From the NCBI GenBank assembly GCA_043228905.1, contig JBHGNT010000003.1, positions 13,392,001 through 13,456,000 on the forward strand: DNA of 64,000 nt, given 5' to 3'. Positions 60,584 through 64,000 of this stretch are shown here, in pieces. Under the pieces are notes generated by a model. That model searched no databases. It saw only the letters and a list, made by a program, of their open reading frames with translations, and was not told the DNA's origin. Made by a program: the position numbers and the translations under genes. Position 1 is the stretch's first letter. Each line of letters opens with the position of its first letter. This DNA is from Azolla caroliniana (lineage: Eukaryota > Plantae > Polypodiophyta).

Positions 60584-63500
60584 ATGGCTCAAATTAACGA
60601 CCCGATGTCATCCGCTCAAGCGGAAGGAACTCAAGGGAATCCTCCTGGACAAATGTCCACTGAGATGTATTTGGCACAAATAACCCAATACCTTAGTTTC
60701 ACCGCTCAACAGATGACCGAACTTCGGCAATCTCAGAGTGCTCTTGAGGCACGTGTCATTAGTCTACAACGTGAGACTAATAGACCTGATGAGCGACAAG
60801 GTGAACCATCATTTGTCGTTAAGCCATTTACGGGAGACAAAAAGGAAAGAACCGAAGAAGCAATCTGCACATGGCTGGGACGATGGGAGTCTCATTTTGA
60901 GCTCTATCCCACGCCAGATAGTACGAAGATTGCATATGTCGGTCGAGAACTCGGGGGTAAGGCCGCCGCCTGGTGGCGTGGCCTCCGTACTATGGGGAAA
61001 TTGCCCGATACCTGGACAGATTTTGTCACGGTTTTTAAGGGCCAATTTCTGCAACCTCCCTCTCGAACCGAGGCAGCGCAAGCTTTAATGAACCTCTCTA
61101 GCAGGAAATTTTCCTCGCTAGAAGACTATGTTCACCATGCTAGAACCCAAATCCAAAAATCGGGTCTAGAAGGGGACAATTGGTTGATAGCTTGTTTTGT
61201 CAATGGCATCCCCAATTCGGACTATCACTGGATAGTGCATGATAAGGATCCAAAATCCTTCGAAGAGGCCGTTGAAATAGTTCTTCGCTATCAACGCACT
61301 TCGAAGAAGGACCATAACAAACCCAACGAAGCGCCTGGGACTAAGCAGTCGCAATTTGTTGGGAAACGCAAGACACCCAACGAATTCCTGGATCGCGATT
61401 GTAAGCGACAACATCCTTTTTGTGTATTCTGCAAAAAGAAGGGTCATACAAAAGATCAATGTCGAAAGCTCCAACGGAAAGAGCACGACAACAAAGCTAA
61501 AGCTGCAGACCATAAAGGTCAGATTCCTAATGTCCTTCAGGTCTATACACATCATTTAAGTAATTGTCAATGTTCTTTCCCTCACTATGTATTGGGTCCC
61601 AATGATTTACTACGTGCAAACGGGTATATCAATGGATCTCCCGTACAGTTTTTATTTGATTCGGGAAGCTCACACAATTTTGTGAATGATCGTTTGGTTC
61701 AGATATGGGGAATCCAACCCACCGTAAGTGATCACACCTACACGGTGCACTTGGCTGATGGAAGAGTACAATACATCAACGGGGCGATTCATTCATTAGG
61801 AATTTCTATTGATACTTATATAGAGGAAGTAGACTTCCATGTAATGAATCTTTGTACCACCGATGTAATACTGGGTTATCCCTGGTTTTATAATAAAAAC
61901 TCTTCTTTATTTATTGATTGGGTTCATCATTCCATTTCTTTTGTACTGAACGATTGTACGCATTTTATTCAATGTGTAAAAAAACAATCCCTCTCGATTG
62001 TTTCCTCGTGTCCATCAATATCTGAGTTGTCTTGTTCTACGTTATTTTATTGTGTACTTGATCCGGACATTCACGTTTACAATATCGATAATGTCCCGAT
62101 TCAATTAACATATTTTGAACAACAACAACTTGATGAAATCTTAAATGATTTTCATGATGTTTTTCCAAGTGAACTACCTGATGGGTTACCTCCTAAACGT
62201 AATATAGACCATCGTATAGATATTGTACCTGGTGTTGCACCAATAAGTATACCTCCGTATCGCTTAAGTCGATCCGAAGAAGATGAGGTATCTAAGCAAC
62301 TCAAGGACTATTTACGAATGGGTTATATACGTTATAGTAAATCTCCATGGGGTGCACCAGTTCTCTTGGTTAAAAAGAAAGAGGGCACATGGCGTATGTG
62401 TATTAATTACCGACGCTTGAATAAAGTGACGATCAAGAATTCGTATCCATTGCCCCGGGCTGACGATCTAATTGACCGTCTCCAGGGAGCTAGGTATTTT
62501 ATGAAACTTGATCTCCGTACTGGCTACCATCAAATACGAATAAGTGAGGACGATGTTCCTAAAACGGCATTTCGTACGCGCTATGGCCATTACGAGTTTT
62601 TGGTTATGCATTTTGGTTTGACCAATGCTCCGGCTACTTTTCAACAAGAAATGAATGACATTTTCCGAGAACAACTTGGAAAATTTGTCGTTATTTTCTT
62701 GGATGATATTTTAGTTTATAGCCGTACATTACAAGAACATGCTAGACATGTCCGCTTTGTTTTACAAACATTGCGTGACAAACAGTTTTATGCGAAGATC
62801 TCAAAATGTGAGTTCTTCAAGAAATCAAGTACTTATCTAGGACATCTCATAACCGAACGAGGAGTTGAAATTGATCCTTCTCGCATTGAGAAAATCAAGC
62901 TTTGGCCCACTCTTCGGAATATTCGAGAAGTTCGATCATTCCTTGGTTTTGTGGGGTTTTTGCGAAAGTCTCTTCGTAATTACTCCCAATTGACGACGCC
63001 GTTTACTGATCTTTTAAAAGGTCAAACACGTAAGTCTACAAAACCTATTGTGTGGAATGCTACACTAGACCTTGCCTTTAAGGAACTCAAGGACCTGGTT
63101 TGCAAGGCTCCTTCACTTCTTTTATCCGATCCTTCAAAACCTTTTGAGGTTGAAACCGATGCCAGCGATTACGCTATAGGTGCTGTCTTGTATCAAGATG
63201 GTAAACCAATAGCATTCGAGAGTAAGAAACTTGATTCTGCTCAATGTCGGTATACCGTTCAAGAAAAGGAATTATTTGCAGTTATACATGCGCTCAAAAC
63301 ATGGCGCCATTATCTTTATGGAAATCACTTTGTGGTAACTACGGACCACGAGTCCTTGAAATATTTTTGTGACCAACAAGACCTGAAAGGTCGTAAGGCA
63401 CGATGGGCTGATCTCATCCAGGACTTTGATTTTTCCATACGATATCGTAAAGGTTCCATGAACATTGTTGCTGATGCACTAAGTCGCATCCGTGAAGTTA

Positions 63501-64000
63501 ACACGCTTAGCTTCACTGAAATATCATCAGATCTTTATGATCACCTTCGAGGAAAGTATCCTGATGACAGTTATTTCGCAAAATACTGGGCAAGAGTTGA
63601 GTCTGGAACAGACACCACCACATCCTCGAAGGAATACTTCCACATTGCTAACGGTTTGCTCTACCGTAATGGGAAGGTTTGTGTTCCACATTTACCCGAG
63701 GTCAAAAAGAGGATTCTTTTTGAATGCCATGATGCACCCTCCGCAGGGCACCCTGGAATACATCGTACACTCGTTCTCATCTCCACTCAATTTTATTGGC
63801 CTAAGATGCGTCCTGACATACATAGCTATGTGACTAAATGTCACCAGTGTCAGGTTAACAAAGCCAAGCGACTTAAAGCCGCAGGACTTTTACATCCCTT
63901 GGACATTCCCAATAATAAGTGGGAAAGTATATCCATGGATTTTATTGTTAGCCTTCCTCGCACCCAAAAAGGTCATGATGCCATCTGGGTTGTCGTTGAT
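60584..64000 (+). CDS. gag-pol: Element M gag-pol polyprotein, apparently uninterrupted (1139 codons to the window edge)
   Basis: MAQINDP..; [14 protein letters not shown]; [10 protein letters not shown]; [10 protein letters not shown]; [10 protein letters not shown]; [12 protein letters not shown]; SISMDFI. Start and end are in the same frame, and the ORF track shows no stop-terminated ORF in this frame. Confidence 0.9.
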   Translation, partial: MAQINDPMSSAQAEGTQGNPPGQMSTEMYLAQITQYLSFTAQQMTELRQSQSALEARVISLQRETNRPDERQGEPSFVVKPFTGDKKERTEEAICTWLGRWESHFELYPTPDSTKIAYVGRELGGKAAAWWRGLRTMGKLPDTWTDFVTVFKGQFLQPPSRTEAAQALMNLSSRKFSSLEDYVHHARTQIQKSGLEGDNWLIACFVNGIPNSDYHWIVHDKDPKSFEEAVEIVLRYQRTSKKDHNKPNEAPGTKQSQFVGKRKTPNEFLDRDCKRQHPFCVFCKKKGHTKDQCRKLQRKEHDNKAKAADHKGQIPNVLQVYTHHLSNCQCSFPHYVLGPNDLLRANGYINGSPVQFLFDSGSSHNFVNDRLVQIWGIQPTVSDHTYTVHLADGRVQYINGAIHSLGISIDTYIEEVDFHVMNLCTTDVILGYPWFYNKNSSLFIDWVHHSISFVLNDCTHFIQCVKKQSLSIVSSCPSISELSCSTLFYCVLDPDIHVYNIDNVPIQLTYFEQQQLDEILNDFHDVFPSELPDGLPPKRNIDHRIDIVPGVAPISIPPYRLSRSEEDEVSKQLKDYLRMGYIRYSKSPWGAPVLLVKKKEGTWRMCINYRRLNKVTIKNSYPLPRADDLIDRLQGARYFMKLDLRTGYHQIRISEDDVPKTAFRTRYGHYEFLVMHFGLTNAPATFQQEMNDIFREQLGKFVVIFLDDILVYSRTLQEHARHVRFVLQTLRDKQFYAKISKCEFFKKSSTYLGHLITERGVEIDPSRIEKIKLWPTLRNIREVRSFLGFVGFLRKSLRNYSQLTTPFTDLLKGQTRKSTKPIVWNATLDLAFKELKDLVCKAPSLLLSDPSKPFEVETDASDYAIGAVLYQDGKPIAFESKKLDSAQCRYTVQEKELFAVIHALKTWRHYLYGNHFVVTTDHESLKYFCDQQDLKGRKARWADLIQDFDFSIRYRKGSMNIVADALSRIREVNTLSFTEISSDLYDHLRGKYPDDSYFAKYWARVESGTDTTTSSKEYFHIANGLLYRNGKVCVPHLPEVKKRILFECHDAPSAGHPGIHRTLVLISTQFYWPKMRPDIHSYVTKCHQCQVNKAKRLKAAGLLHPLDIPNNKWESISMDFIVSLPRTQKGHDAIWVVVD

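Larger units (their letters stand above)
58439..64000 (+). mobile_element. Element M: chromovirus-type Ty3/Gypsy, tRNA-Met primed, runs off the window
   Basis: 5' LTR ~58439-58893 (TGTTACGG start, CTATAAATA at 58616); PBS TGGTATCAGA 58896-58905; 1.7-kb 5'UTR; single gag-pol ORF. Confidence 0.88.

Overview
This is eukaryotic, gene-free DNA: a dense nest of plant transposable elements. The mix of Phygy-like Gypsy, a self-priming Tcn1-like chromovirus, Tat/Athila-like Gypsy, Tork-like Copia and an RTEX-like LINE suggests heterochromatin of a non-seed land plant such as a moss (inference). About 14 LTR retrotransposons or LTR fragments can be resolved, most with exact LTR ends, target-site duplications (TSD), primer-binding sites (PBS) and polypurine tracts (PPT). 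There is also one hAT MITE and one 5'-truncated LINE. Nesting is at least six deep: Copia remnant > Gypsy B (1763-56207) > Copia A (3323-37640) > Gypsy F (7318-27139) > Copia G (17193-26947) > Copia H (19239-24706). No host gene, true tRNA/rRNA gene or CRISPR array was found. The most interesting signals are: (1) antisense tRNA-derived Pol III A/B-box modules fixed in U3 of three different LTR families; (2) a -1 frameshift signal (GGAUUUU plus a pseudoknot with compensatory changes) between protease and RT in the tRNA-Trp-primed Gypsy family; (3) a central CpG in all five 4-bp target sites of that family; (4) a five-unit RNA hairpin array inside a putative 5'UTR intron of an intact-ORF Gypsy element. 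All coordinates were read by eye, and lineage names come from motif recognition, not database searches.
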